This document shows positions 1 to 9,149 of a DNA stretch of 64,000 bases, one piece after another (the stretch's first letter is position 1; every line of letters begins with the position of its first letter). The DNA is from Clostridia bacterium (GTDB taxonomy: Bacteria > Bacillota > Clostridia > Oscillospirales > CAG-272), in assembly GCA_017447775.1 (NCBI GenBank), contig JAFSMU010000025.1, forward strand, positions 158 through 64,157, written 5' to 3'. The notes under the pieces were generated by a model that worked only from the letters and a program-made list of their open reading frames with translations, was not told the origin of the DNA and ran no database searches. Both the position numbers and the translations under genes were made by a program.

Positions 1-425
1 TGGAATCGAGAAATAACACCAAAAAATTTTTAATTATATTATTACTTTTTTGCCTTCTTTTAAACGGATGTACACTGGGATATGAACCACTCAAAAAAAT
101 AGTTGAAGACAAAATGTGCTGGGAAGCTGAGAATGTAAATTTTTCCATCTCTTTTAAAGATTATGCCGGAAAACTGTATTTTGGGGGATATGAATATAGA
201 TTAGAAGTTCAAATTGGTGTTTACTATAATGATATGGAAATATATGCCTATTCAATTACAGAAAATACTGATGCCAGAATGTATGATGAAAATGATCCTC
301 GAAAATGTGATGGTTGTATTGATTTGAAAGTAAACCGTGTGAAAGAAAACGAATTTGTGGTTTCTGTTATTTATTCTGATTTTGATTTGCCCAAAACATT
401 GATTTTTCACAAGGCAAATAATTGA
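1..425 (+). CDS. Low-GC hypothetical lipoprotein (5' end at window edge)
   Basis: Frame of the 114..425 ORF is open back to base 3: (M)ESRNNTKKFLIILLLFCLLLNGCTLGY. This gives a basic N-region, hydrophobic core and LNGC lipobox. Bases 1-2 'tg' are probably the end of the ATG. Much more AT-rich than the rest of the window. Confidence 0.7.
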   Translation, partial: ESRNNTKKFLIILLLFCLLLNGCTLGYEPLKKIVEDKMCWEAENVNFSISFKDYAGKLYFGGYEYRLEVQIGVYYNDMEIYAYSITENTDARMYDENDPRKCDGCIDLKVNRVKENEFVVSVIYSDFDLPKTLIFHKANN

Positions 426-444
426 TTTTGTGATTTGAAAATGA

Positions 445-660
445 AAAGGAGGAATGTCGCAACCGATACCGAGAACACCGGCAAGGTTTTCTTTTGTAGC
501 GAAGCGGCCGCGAGGGAGTGAATAACGACCTGAATAGTCGTTAGTGCTGAGCGGTGACTGGGCCCGACGGGTTCCCGCGTACGAACGAAGTGAGTGCGTG
601 GGGTTTCGGAGCCGCAGCGAGACCCGCTTTTCTTTTATGAAAAAGAAAAGGGCAAACGTA
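445..660. repeat. Hairpin-rich intergenic element (REP/MITE-like)
   Basis: GC-rich non-coding segment with hairpins taacgac-ctgaata-gtcgtta and gcgaagc, ending in CTTTTCTTTT-atga-AAAAGAAAAG (627-650), the same hairpin type that ends the elements at 20.3-20.75 kb and 63.96 kb. Confidence 0.5.
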
Positions 661-670
661 ACACTTAAAA

Positions 671-705
671 AAAAATATCCACCCGTTTTCGCGGGTGGAT
701 ATTTT
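671..705. terminator. Intrinsic terminator (bidirectional) after ispH-rpsA
   Basis: aaaatatccacccg-ttttcg-cgggtggatatttt inverted repeat flanked by A/T runs. Confidence 0.85.
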
Positions 706-717
706 ATCATGTCAAAA

Positions 718-2745
718 TTATTCTGCTGCCGTTTCCTCAGCGGGAGCATCCTCGGCGGGAGCTTCCTCCGTTTCTTCGGCGGGAACTTCCTCTTCGGGAA
801 GAAGTGCGCGAACCGAAAGGCTGACCTTCTTGCCTTCGTTGTCGATCTCCGTTATCTTCGCGTCAACGACCTGCCCCTTTGAAAGAACTTCCGCCGGCGA
901 GCCGAGCTTCTTGTTAGCTATCTGCGAGATGTGGATAAGACCGTCAACACCGGGGATGATCTGCGCGAATGCGCCGAACGGAAGCAGGGAAACGATCTTT
1001 ACGCTTGCAACGTCGCCGACTTTGTACTGCTCTGTGAAGAGCTTCCACGGGTTCGTTTCTTCCGTCTTGTAACCCAGGGAGATCCTGCCTTTTTCCTTGT
1101 CGAACGATTTGACGAATACGTCAAGCTCGTCGCCTACCTTCACAACGTCGGACGGCTTTGAAATACGCAGCCACGACAGCTCTGAGGTATGTACCATACC
1201 GTCAACGCCGCCAAGGTCAACGAATGCGCCGTAGGATGTAAGGCTCTTTACAACGCCTTTGTAGTGCTTGCCTTCTTCGATCTCGTTCCAGAAAGCTTCC
1301 TCTTTTGCGCGTCTTTCCTCGCGTGCGACGACTCTGATGGAGCCGACGGCGCGTTTGCGGTCTTCTTTTATGTCGATGATCTTGAACTTCTGCACTGTAC
1401 CTACAAGCGTTGAAAGATCGCCGTCGCGCGGAACGGGTGTCTGCGATGCGGGAACGAATATCTTCTGGCTGAGAGCGGATATGATAACGCCGCCTTTGAC
1501 AGCCTCGATAACCTTGCCTTCGAGAACTTCGCCCGTTTCGGCTGCGTTCTTTACTGCTTCCCATTTAGCGCCCGCGTCGCTCTTCTTCTTGGAAAGAACA
1601 GCGATGCCGTCAACGTCGCTTACTCTGACTGCAACAGCCGTTACCTCGTCGCCGAGCTTGAAAAGGTCTTCAAGTTTAGCTGAGGGATCGTCCGTTACGT
1701 TCTCTATTGTAAGAACGCCTGTGCATTTTGAGCCGAGGTCAAGCTTTACCTCGGTATTCGAAACGTACGTAACTACGCCCGTGACCGTATCTCCTGTATT
1801 TAATGTTTTGAAGCTGTCTTCAAGTAATTGCGCGAAATTTTCCTGTTCACTCATTTTGTCTATGACCTCCTTAATCAGACAGTCGGGCGATGACGCTCCG
1901 GCTGCGACTCCTATCATGATCGGAGTCTGCTTATTATTTATTAGCGGCAAATCGTTTGGCGAGGCGACCAGGAATGAATTTTCGCAGAAGCGTTTTGAAA
2001 TTTCGTAAAGTTTGTTTGTGTTGGAACTTCTTTTGTCCCCGACGACGACCATAACGTCGCACTCGCGGGCAAGTTCTTCGACCTCGCGTTGACGGTTTTC
2101 CGTAACACTACATATTGTATCAAAAAAAATTGAATTTGTATATAGTTTTTTGATAAATTTTTTTATTTTTTTATACTTTTCACTGTTTTGAGTCGTCTGC
2201 GACACGACGATAACGCCGATATTCCCGCTTTGCGCCTGCTCGGGCGAGGGAATTTTTTTGTCGTTTATCGCCGCCGTTATCTCGTCCTCATTCAGAAAAA
2301 CGAGCTTTTTTCCGCGCACGTGGCTTGCCGTTCCCACGACCTCGGGGTGATCGGCGGCGCCGAATATCAGCGTCAGCGTTCCGGGGGCGGAGTTTTCGTC
2401 GATAACGTCGTGTATCTTTTTGACAAACGGGCAGGTGCAGTCGATAACGACGCACCCCGTACTCTTTGCCGCGTCATAGAGCAGCTTTGCGTATTTTTTC
2501 TCCGTGCCGTGCGCGCGAATGAGAAAAACCGTGTCCCCGTCGGCATTTTTCGCCGCCGCTTCAAGCTCGCTCTCGTCAAGCGGAACAATGCCCTGCGCCG
2601 CAAGGGATGAAACAACGCCGTCGTTGTGGATAAGTCTGCCGACGGTGTAGACCTTTTTTTTCGTGCCGATAAGTGACGTCGCCGTTTCGTAAGCGCGGCG
2701 CACGCCAAAGCAAAAACCCGAATTTTCAGCAACTTTTACAGTCAT
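718..2745 (-). CDS. ispH-rpsA: Bifunctional IspH (HMBPP reductase) / 30S ribosomal protein S1 fusion
   Basis: N-half has GFCFGV, LIHN, RAHG, DCTCPFV, SQTT, DTICSVT, SSNT (IspH with three Fe-S Cys). C-half has four S1 repeats (YGAFVDLGGVDGMVHTSELS, GVDGLIHISQIA). Start MTVKV at 2745 follows an AGGAG RBS and overlaps the plsC stop. Confidence 0.95.
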   Translation of the reverse strand: MTVKVAENSGFCFGVRRAYETATSLIGTKKKVYTVGRLIHNDGVVSSLAAQGIVPLDESELEAAAKNADGDTVFLIRAHGTEKKYAKLLYDAAKSTGCVVIDCTCPFVKKIHDVIDENSAPGTLTLIFGAADHPEVVGTASHVRGKKLVFLNEDEITAAINDKKIPSPEQAQSGNIGVIVVSQTTQNSEKYKKIKKFIKKLYTNSIFFDTICSVTENRQREVEELARECDVMVVVGDKRSSNTNKLYEISKRFCENSFLVASPNDLPLINNKQTPIMIGVAAGASSPDCLIKEVIDKMSEQENFAQLLEDSFKTLNTGDTVTGVVTYVSNTEVKLDLGSKCTGVLTIENVTDDPSAKLEDLFKLGDEVTAVAVRVSDVDGIAVLSKKKSDAGAKWEAVKNAAETGEVLEGKVIEAVKGGVIISALSQKIFVPASQTPVPRDGDLSTLVGTVQKFKIIDIKEDRKRAVGSIRVVAREERRAKEEAFWNEIEEGKHYKGVVKSLTSYGAFVDLGGVDGMVHTSELSWLRISKPSDVVKVGDELDVFVKSFDKEKGRISLGYKTEETNPWKLFTEQYKVGDVASVKIVSLLPFGAFAQIIPGVDGLIHISQIANKKLGSPAEVLSKGQVVDAKITEIDNEGKKVSLSVRALLPEEEVPAEETEEAPAEDAPAEETAAE
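1866..1872 (-). promoter_or_regulatory. Internal RBS for stand-alone S1 (ATG at 1854)
   Basis: AAGGAGG lies 11 nt before the in-frame ATG (MSEQENFAQLL) at the IspH/S1 junction. Confidence 0.65.
2114..2142 (-). promoter_or_regulatory. Putative internal sigma-A promoter inside ispH
   Basis: TATACA-17 nt-TACAAT with TGn extended -10, preceded by A-tracts, in an unusually AT-rich patch of a GC-rich gene. Confidence 0.5.
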
Positions 2746-3362
2746 TTTTTCTCCTGTATCTCGGGCGCGAGCGCGCAAATGCGCTCCCAGACGAGCGCCG
2801 CCGCCGCGTCGATCTCCGCCTTGTTCTTTTTGTCAAAGCCAAGCTCGGAGTAGCGTATCGGCTCGCCGTAAACGACTTTTATTCGCCTGAACGGCAGCAC
2901 CCTGTATTTTTTTGTGTATATGTATGCGGGGAGCACGTCGCATTCAGCGCGCGCCGCTATCATTCCGACACCGCTTTTGTATTTCGTTTCCGACGGGATC
3001 TTTTCGGGCATTCTCGTCCCCTGCGGGAACATTATAAGCGCGCCGCCCTCGCTCACTTTGTCTATCGCGCCGTGAAGCGCATCCATGTCGGCTGTGCCGC
3101 GCTTTATCGGAATGGCGAAGCGCTTTATAAGCCTGCGAAGCACCGGCGCCCTTGAAAGCTGATCTTTTGCAAGGAACCACGCCTGCCTTTTCAGCCCTAT
3201 CGCAAGGAAGAGCGGGTCGGTTGCGCTTATGTGATTTGAGCAAACGATTATGCCGCGCTCTCTCATCTCGTCCTTCGGCTTTTTTATCTTCAAAAAGAAG
3301 ATGAGCTTGAAAATCGGGCGCAAAAGTCCGCGCCAAAACCTGTAAAAGCCGTTTACCTTCAT
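2742..3362 (-). CDS. plsC: 1-acyl-sn-glycerol-3-phosphate acyltransferase
   Basis: NHISATD (HxxxxD), FLAKDQL and FPQGTR motifs; usual cmk-plsC-ispH context. Confidence 0.9.
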   Translation of the reverse strand: MKVNGFYRFWRGLLRPIFKLIFFLKIKKPKDEMRERGIIVCSNHISATDPLFLAIGLKRQAWFLAKDQLSRAPVLRRLIKRFAIPIKRGTADMDALHGAIDKVSEGGALIMFPQGTRMPEKIPSETKYKSGVGMIAARAECDVLPAYIYTKKYRVLPFRRIKVVYGEPIRYSELGFDKKNKAEIDAAAALVWERICALAPEIQEKK

Positions 3363-4021
3363 TTCGTTCTCTCCCTTATTATTTTCAGCGCCTTCTCGAG
3401 CGTTTCTTCAAACGGGCCGGAATTATCGAGGAATATCGCGTCATCGGCGGGAATTGCCGGCGCGACTTTGCGGCTTTTGTCGTTTTTGTCGCGCGTCGCC
3501 ATGGCGGATTTTACCTCGTCAATGCTTATTTTTTCGCCCTTTTCCACAAGTTCCGCAAGACGTCTTTCGGCGCGCGCGTCGTCAGACGCCGTCATAAAGA
3601 ATTTCACCGTTGCGTCGGGAAGAATGACCGTCCCGATGTCGCGCCCGTCCATAATGACGTTGTTGCGGCGCGCAAAATCGCGCTGAAGCTCAAGTAAGAA
3701 CGTGCGTACCTCCGGTATCGCCGAAACCGCGGACGCGCCCGCCGATATCTCGCTTGTGCGTATTCTGCCCGTAACGTCCTCGCCGCAAAGGATCATCCTC
3801 TGCGCGCCGTCAACGTACTCGATGACGACGTCCATCTTCGGTATAAGCGCGATAACGCCCTCGGCGTCCTTCGGATCAACGCCGCTCTCGATGACGTAAA
3901 GCGCCACCGTGCGATAGATCGCACCGGTGTCAAGATGAATGTACCCAAGGCGCTCTGCCAGCGCGTTTGAAAGGGAACTTTTGCCGGCTCCGCTCGGCCC
4001 GTCAATTGCTATGCTTACCAT
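3359..4021 (-). CDS. cmk: Cytidylate kinase
   Basis: IAIDGPSGAGKS, DTGAIYR, DGRDIGTVILPDA. Confidence 0.97.
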   Translation of the reverse strand: MVSIAIDGPSGAGKSSLSNALAERLGYIHLDTGAIYRTVALYVIESGVDPKDAEGVIALIPKMDVVIEYVDGAQRMILCGEDVTGRIRTSEISAGASAVSAIPEVRTFLLELQRDFARRNNVIMDGRDIGTVILPDATVKFFMTASDDARAERRLAELVEKGEKISIDEVKSAMATRDKNDKSRKVAPAIPADDAIFLDNSGPFEETLEKALKIIRERTK

Positions 4022-4075
4022 AAAAACCCTCGTGTTCGCTTGATTTTTTATATCTTATACATTTGTATTATTTTG

Positions 4076-5332
4076 TTATACAACTGTATATTTTTCGATT
4101 ATCCCGTCGGCGCAGCAAACGCCCGTCGACAGCGCTATCTGGATATTGAAGCCGCCGGTGTACGCGTCGACGTCGATGACCTCGCCCGCAAAGTAAAGAT
4201 TTTTTACCTTTTTTGAACGCATCGTTTTCGGGTCGATCTCGCTTGTTTTAACGCCGCCCGACGTAACTATCGCCTCGTCTATCGGGCGGAAGCCGCGCAC
4301 GGAAACGGGCAGGCGTTTCAGCGTTCCGACGATTTTCGCGCGCTCGGCGCGAGTCACCGAATTTACCTTTTCGCCGTATTCAAGTCCGCACGCTTTTATA
4401 AAAGGATGTATCAGCTTTTGCGGGAGCAAGTCGCCAAGCGCATTGTCAAGATTTTTGTTTTTGTATTTTTCAAAGTCGGAAAGCACCCTTGCGTCGAGCT
4501 GTTCGGCGTCAAGCGCCGGCTTCAAGTCGATGTAAACGACGTATCTGTCGCGGTCCATCGGGCGCAGATGCGCCGAGGCTGAGAGTATCAGCGGGCCGCT
4601 CATGCCGAAATGGGTGAACAGCATCTCGCCGAAATCGTCAAATATCACCTTGCTCATCGCCGTGTCGAGCACGCTTATCGCCACGTTTTTCAGCGACAGT
4701 CCCTGCGTATCGCGGCAGAGCTTATCCTCCGATTCAAGCCCCACAAGCGACGGCACGGGCGGTGTTACGGTGTGCCCGAGCGCGCGCGCAAATTCAAACC
4801 CGTCCCCCGTCGAGCCTGTCAGCGGATACGAAAGCCCGCCCGTGCAAAGCACGATCTCGTCAAAGCTTTCGTATTTTCTCTTTTCTGTTATGACCTCGCT
4901 TATACCGTCGTCATCTGCGCGAAGCGCCGTCACGCGCTCGTTTATGATCTTTGCCCCCGAGGTTATGACGTATTTTTTCATCGCAAGCACAATGTCTGTC
5001 GCGCGGTCTGAAACGGGGAAGACTCTGTTCCCGCGCTCAACTTTGAGCGCAACTCCAAGCCCCTCGAAGAACGCCATCGTGTCCCGCGGCGAAAAGCGGT
5101 TGACGGCGGAAAAAAGGAATTTCCCGTTTGTCGTTATGTTTTTCATAAACGTTTCCGGGGTGCAGTCGTTTGTCAGATTGCACCTGCCTTTGCCCGTTAT
5201 GCCGAGCTTTTTGCCGAGCAGGTCGTTTTTTTCAAATAGGGAAACGGAAAACCCCGCCGCGGCGAGCCTCCCCGCCGCCATCATTCCCGCCGGCCCCGCG
5301 CCGATAACGGCGATTTTTGCTATATTATTCAT
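4076..5332 (-). CDS. NAD(P)/FAD-dependent oxidoreductase, HI0933/YhiN family
   Basis: GAGPAGMMAA, ITGKGRCNLTN, GEMLFTHFG, YTGGFNIQ. Confidence 0.92.
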   Translation of the reverse strand: MNNIAKIAVIGAGPAGMMAAGRLAAAGFSVSLFEKNDLLGKKLGITGKGRCNLTNDCTPETFMKNITTNGKFLFSAVNRFSPRDTMAFFEGLGVALKVERGNRVFPVSDRATDIVLAMKKYVITSGAKIINERVTALRADDDGISEVITEKRKYESFDEIVLCTGGLSYPLTGSTGDGFEFARALGHTVTPPVPSLVGLESEDKLCRDTQGLSLKNVAISVLDTAMSKVIFDDFGEMLFTHFGMSGPLILSASAHLRPMDRDRYVVYIDLKPALDAEQLDARVLSDFEKYKNKNLDNALGDLLPQKLIHPFIKACGLEYGEKVNSVTRAERAKIVGTLKRLPVSVRGFRPIDEAIVTSGGVKTSEIDPKTMRSKKVKNLYFAGEVIDVDAYTGGFNIQIALSTGVCCADGIIEKYTVV

Positions 5333-5346
5333 AAATTCAAATGTTT

Positions 5347-7272
5347 CTATATTTGTTCAAGCCTTGCCAGCTCTTTTTCCGCCTCGTCGTAATCGGCGTA
5401 AAGGCGGTCTGTTTCATCGTTTATTTTCGATATTTCGCCGTCTATTTCCGAGAGGCGCACGTAGTTTGTCGACGCGTCGCCCGCGGCCTCTTTTTCAAGC
5501 TCGGTCTTTCTTTGCTCAAGCTCAAAAATGCGCGCCTCGTTTCGCTCCATGCGCGATTTAAGCCTGCGTATGTCCGACGTTTGCTTTTTCGCCGCCATGT
5601 ATTTTTCCTTTTCGGCGGTCGCGGCCTTTACCTCGCGCGCGTCGTCCTCGCTCGCTTTTTTCTTTTCGCGCTCGGAAAGATATTCCTCGTAGCTGCCCTT
5701 GAAGTCGGCAAAGCCGCCGCCCATATCGAAAATTCGCGTGGCGAGCTTGTTTATGAAGTACCTGTCGTGCGAAACGGCGATTATCGTCCCGTCAAATTCG
5801 AGCAGCGCGCCCTCAAGCGCCTCGCGCGAGGCGATGTCGAGGTGGTTTGTCGGTTCGTCGAGGATCAGCACGTTCACGCGCGAAAGTATCATCTTGCACA
5901 GCATCAGCCGCGCGCGCTCGCCGCCCGAAAGGGAGCCGACCGTCTTGTCTATATCCTCGGCAAAAAAGAGGAACGACGCCAGTGCCGAGCGCAGCTCTGT
6001 GTACGTCAGCTTGTCGTGCGCGGCGCAAAGCTCTTCAAGCACGGTGCGGCTGTCGTCAAGCGTTTTTTGCTCCTGATCGTAGTAGCCGATAACGACGTTT
6101 GCACCGAACTCGCACACGCCGCTATCTGGCGCGATCTGCCCGTCGATGATCTTTATCAGCGTCGATTTGCCGCAGCCGTTCGGCCCGATTATGACGATCC
6201 TGTCGCGTTTTCTGACGAGAAAAGAAACGCCCGAAAGCACCTTTTTTTCGCCAAACGACTTTTCGACCCGCTCGCAAACAAGCACATCGTTGCCGCTTTC
6301 CCCCGCCGAGCGAAACGCCATTTTCACCGCGCGCGGCGCTGTCTTCGGCGCGTCGACCTTTTCCATGCGTTCAATCTGCTTCTGCTTTGACGCGATGGTT
6401 ATAAAGTTGCGCTCCTGCCCGAAGCGGCGCTGCTGGGCGATGATGCCCTCGATGCGCGCTATCTCCTTTTGCTGACGCTCGTATTTTCGCATCAGCGTCT
6501 TTTGCGCCTCCGCCTTCTGCACCGCAAACGCGGAGTAGTTGCCGGGGTAAAGCTTTGCCTCGGTATGCTCGATGTCGAGGATCTTCGTCGTCACTCTGTC
6601 GAGGAAAAACCTGTCGTGCGACACGACGATAAGCGTCTTCGGGTACGCGCGAAGATGCTCTTCAAGCCATTCGAGCGTCTTTGTATCGAGGTGGTTCGTC
6701 GGCTCGTCGAGCATCAGTATGTCGGGCGCTATAAGCAAGAGCCGCACAAGCGCAAGCCGCGTCCGCTCGCCGCCCGAAAGGGAAGAAATGTTCCGCTCAA
6801 GGTCGCGCTCGAAAAATCCGAAACGTTGAAGCATGGAGCGTATCCTCGCGCGGTACTCGTACCCGCCGATGTCCTTAAAATGCTCGGTCAATGCTGAATA
6901 TTCTGATATTATACTATTGTATAACTTATCTTCTACGCTTGTATTATTTATCTTTTCCGAAAGCGCTTCAAGGCGTTTTTCGACAGTGAGCTGCTCGACG
7001 AATGCGCCAAGCATTTCGTCAAATACCGTCTTGTCGCTGTCAAGCATCGCGTTCTGTTCAAGCATCGCAACGCTCCGCCCGCCAAGGATCGAAACGCTGC
7101 CGTCGCTCGCCTGCTGCGTGCCGGCGATTATGCGAAGAAGCGTCGATTTTCCCGCGCCGTTGACGCCGATGACGCCAAGCCTGTCGCCCTCGTTTATCGA
7201 GAAGGAAATGTCTGACAAAACGACGTCCGTGCCGTATTCCACCTTGACGCCGCCAACGCTTAAAATGACCAT
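5347..7272 (-). CDS. ABC-F family ATPase with C-terminal coiled coil
   Basis: Two ABC domains (GVNGAGKST, GPNGCGKST, LSGGE, LDEPTNHLD twice), no TM segments, coiled-coil tail. Confidence 0.93.
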   Translation of the reverse strand: MVILSVGGVKVEYGTDVVLSDISFSINEGDRLGVIGVNGAGKSTLLRIIAGTQQASDGSVSILGGRSVAMLEQNAMLDSDKTVFDEMLGAFVEQLTVEKRLEALSEKINNTSVEDKLYNSIISEYSALTEHFKDIGGYEYRARIRSMLQRFGFFERDLERNISSLSGGERTRLALVRLLLIAPDILMLDEPTNHLDTKTLEWLEEHLRAYPKTLIVVSHDRFFLDRVTTKILDIEHTEAKLYPGNYSAFAVQKAEAQKTLMRKYERQQKEIARIEGIIAQQRRFGQERNFITIASKQKQIERMEKVDAPKTAPRAVKMAFRSAGESGNDVLVCERVEKSFGEKKVLSGVSFLVRKRDRIVIIGPNGCGKSTLIKIIDGQIAPDSGVCEFGANVVIGYYDQEQKTLDDSRTVLEELCAAHDKLTYTELRSALASFLFFAEDIDKTVGSLSGGERARLMLCKMILSRVNVLILDEPTNHLDIASREALEGALLEFDGTIIAVSHDRYFINKLATRIFDMGGGFADFKGSYEEYLSEREKKKASEDDAREVKAATAEKEKYMAAKKQTSDIRRLKSRMERNEARIFELEQRKTELEKEAAGDASTNYVRLSEIDGEISKINDETDRLYADYDEAEKELARLEQI

Positions 7273-7304
7273 TTTGCCTCCCCGATAGATTTACTCCGAT
7301 TTAA

Positions 7305-7333
7305 TATTATAACTCATTACATTTGATTTGTCA
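7305..7333 (-). promoter_or_regulatory. Sigma-A promoter of the ABC-F...ispH-rpsA operon
   Basis: TTGACA-17 nt-TATAAT consensus. Confidence 0.8.
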
Positions 7334-7336
7334 ATC

Positions 7337-7361
7337 AAAAAAGCCCTCGTGCGAGGGCTTT
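7337..7361 (-). terminator. Intrinsic terminator of the ABC exporter operon
   Basis: aaagccctcg-tg-cgagggcttt with T-run on the minus strand. Confidence 0.8.
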
Positions 7362-7364
7362 GAA

Positions 7365-8105
7365 CTATTTTGTCATTTTTGATCTGAATACTACCGTCGC
7401 AAGCGTAAACAAAACGACAGTGTACGCGCACACGATGATAAGAGGTCGGAGGACGCCGTCAAAGGTGAAAATGCCTGCCGCGGCGTTTTGCATGATCACG
7501 GTGACGTTTTTGAACGGTAGCGCGTTCATAACGGTCATAAATCCGCCTTCAAGCCCCTCCGTCGGGAACCACATCCCGCTGAGCACCGACTGCCCCATAA
7601 CGATGACCGACGCGACGCCGCCGACTGATTTTTCGTTGCACAGCGCGCCGAGAAGGAGTCCCGCGGCGATGAAGAACGCGCAGGTAACGGCGCTTAACGG
7701 CAGTATCGTGAATAGATACGGCGAGAAGAACGAAACGTCGATGACGACAGCCGCCGTAAGAAAGATCAGTGTTTGTATCAGAGCAAACGGCACCATCGCC
7801 AAAGCGTACCCGATGATGAATTCCGACGGGCGCGTCCTTGTGGCGTAAAGGCGCGCCATAAACGACGACGAGCGGTCAGTCGTTATAAGAATGCCCGAAA
7901 ACAGCGATATGAACGCCTGCCCGAAGCCCGTCATTGCGGGCGCGAGGTAGCGCATCTCAAATTGCGGCGTCAGCTTGTGGAAAATAAAGTAGAACAGCAC
8001 AAGCATAAACACCGGCAGCCCGAACAGAAAGCCGAGGCTCAGCGTGTCGCGGCGTATCTCCTTGAAGTTGCGCCCGGCAAGCGTCAAAGCTCTTGAAAAC
8101 GACAT
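7365..8105 (-). CDS. ABC-2 type exporter permease
   Basis: About six hydrophobic segments, LSGMWFP motif, adjacent to an ABC ATPase. Confidence 0.9.
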   Translation of the reverse strand: MSFSRALTLAGRNFKEIRRDTLSLGFLFGLPVFMLVLFYFIFHKLTPQFEMRYLAPAMTGFGQAFISLFSGILITTDRSSSFMARLYATRTRPSEFIIGYALAMVPFALIQTLIFLTAAVVIDVSFFSPYLFTILPLSAVTCAFFIAAGLLLGALCNEKSVGGVASVIVMGQSVLSGMWFPTEGLEGGFMTVMNALPFKNVTVIMQNAAAGIFTFDGVLRPLIIVCAYTVVLFTLATVVFRSKMTK

Positions 8106-8106
8106 A

Positions 8107-8835
8107 TCACACGCCCCCTTTCTCGATTACGGAAACGAATGCGTCCTCAAAATTGTCGGCGCCCGTTTTTTTGATAAAACCGTTTGCCGTGTCGACGGCG
8201 ATAAGACGGCCGCCCTTCATTATCCCGATCCTGTCGGAGAGCGCCTGCGCTTCCTCCATGTAGTGCGTTGTTAGCACGATCGTCGTTTTGCCGCGCAGCT
8301 TTTCGATCATCTGCCACAGCTCGCGGCGCGCAAGAACGTCAAGCCCAAGCGTCGGCTCGTCGAGAAACAATACGGCGGGGCGCGAGATCAGCGCGGTTGC
8401 TATCGAGAGCTTGCGCTGCCAGCCGCCCGAGAGCGTTTTTGCGCGTTTGTTCAGCACGGACGAAAAATCAAAACTTTCAACGATCTCCGATATGCGCGCC
8501 TGCGCCTCGTCTTTTTTGATCGAGCAAATGTCGGCGTAAAACGAAAGATTTTCCGAAACGGAAAGATTTTTTGCTATCGCCGTTTCCTGCATCGAAACGT
8601 CGATGAATTTTTTTACCTCATACGGCTCTTTTGTGGCCGACTTTCCCATAATGAACGCGTCCCCCTCCGACGGGCGCGTGAGCGTTGTCAGCATTTTGAC
8701 CGTCGTCGTCTTGCCCGCGCCGTTGACGCCGAGAAGAGCGAATATCTCGCCTTGATCGACGGAAAGATTCAGCTTGTCAACGGCGACTATGTTTTTGTAT
8801 CTTTTGGTCAGATCAACCGTTCTTATCGCTTCCAT
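8107..8835 (-). CDS. ABC exporter ATP-binding protein (DrrA-like)
   Basis: GVNGAGKTT, LSGGWQRK, FLDEPTLGLD, LTTHYMEEA. Confidence 0.93.
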   Translation of the reverse strand: MEAIRTVDLTKRYKNIVAVDKLNLSVDQGEIFALLGVNGAGKTTTVKMLTTLTRPSEGDAFIMGKSATKEPYEVKKFIDVSMQETAIAKNLSVSENLSFYADICSIKKDEAQARISEIVESFDFSSVLNKRAKTLSGGWQRKLSIATALISRPAVLFLDEPTLGLDVLARRELWQMIEKLRGKTTIVLTTHYMEEAQALSDRIGIMKGGRLIAVDTANGFIKKTGADNFEDAFVSVIEKGGV

Positions 8836-9028
8836 TGAACCCTCCCATAAGCTTGTAAAATTCGTCGGACTTGATAAGCGCGATCCCGCGCTCGCGCTCT
8901 CCCATCACCATAAGCGTGTCGCCCTCGGAAATATCGAACATCCGCCGCGCCTCGACGGGTATCGTTATCTGTCCCTTCGGCCCGACCTTGACGCTGACGA
9001 TGAATTTGTCGTTTTGAATGTCTTTCAT
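8813..9028 (-). CDS. AbrB/MazE/SpoVT-family DNA-binding protein
   Basis: VKVGPKGQITIPVEARRMFDISEGD swapped-hairpin motif. Start MKDIQ follows RBS AAGGTGAGG. Confidence 0.88.
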   Translation of the reverse strand: MKDIQNDKFIVSVKVGPKGQITIPVEARRMFDISEGDTLMVMGERERGIALIKSDEFYKLMGGFNGSDKNG

Positions 9029-9035
9029 AGCCTCA

Positions 9036-9092
9036 CCTTTCTTATTTTTCTTACTTTTCTTATATTGTATCACCGAAAGCGACGCTTGTCAA
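9036..9092 (-). promoter_or_regulatory. Promoter with three TAAGAAA direct repeats (putative operator)
   Basis: TTGACA-17-TACAAT (TGn extended) followed by TAAGAAAAG TAAGAAAAA TAAGAAAGG, which runs into the RBS. Confidence 0.7.
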
Positions 9093-9100
9093 TACAAAAA

Positions 9101-9136
9101 TAAAAAATCCGGATGAGGCGTTTATCCTCATCCGGA
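9101..9136 (-). terminator. Intrinsic terminator
   Basis: atccggatgagg...cctcatccggat stem followed by a T-run on the minus strand. Confidence 0.8.
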
Positions 9137-9149
9137 TCCGTTTGCTTTA

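Noticed and set aside
6890-6960. AT-rich patch with TATAAT inside the ABC-F gene
   Set aside because: No acceptable -35 at the right spacing; it may just be a variable arm region.
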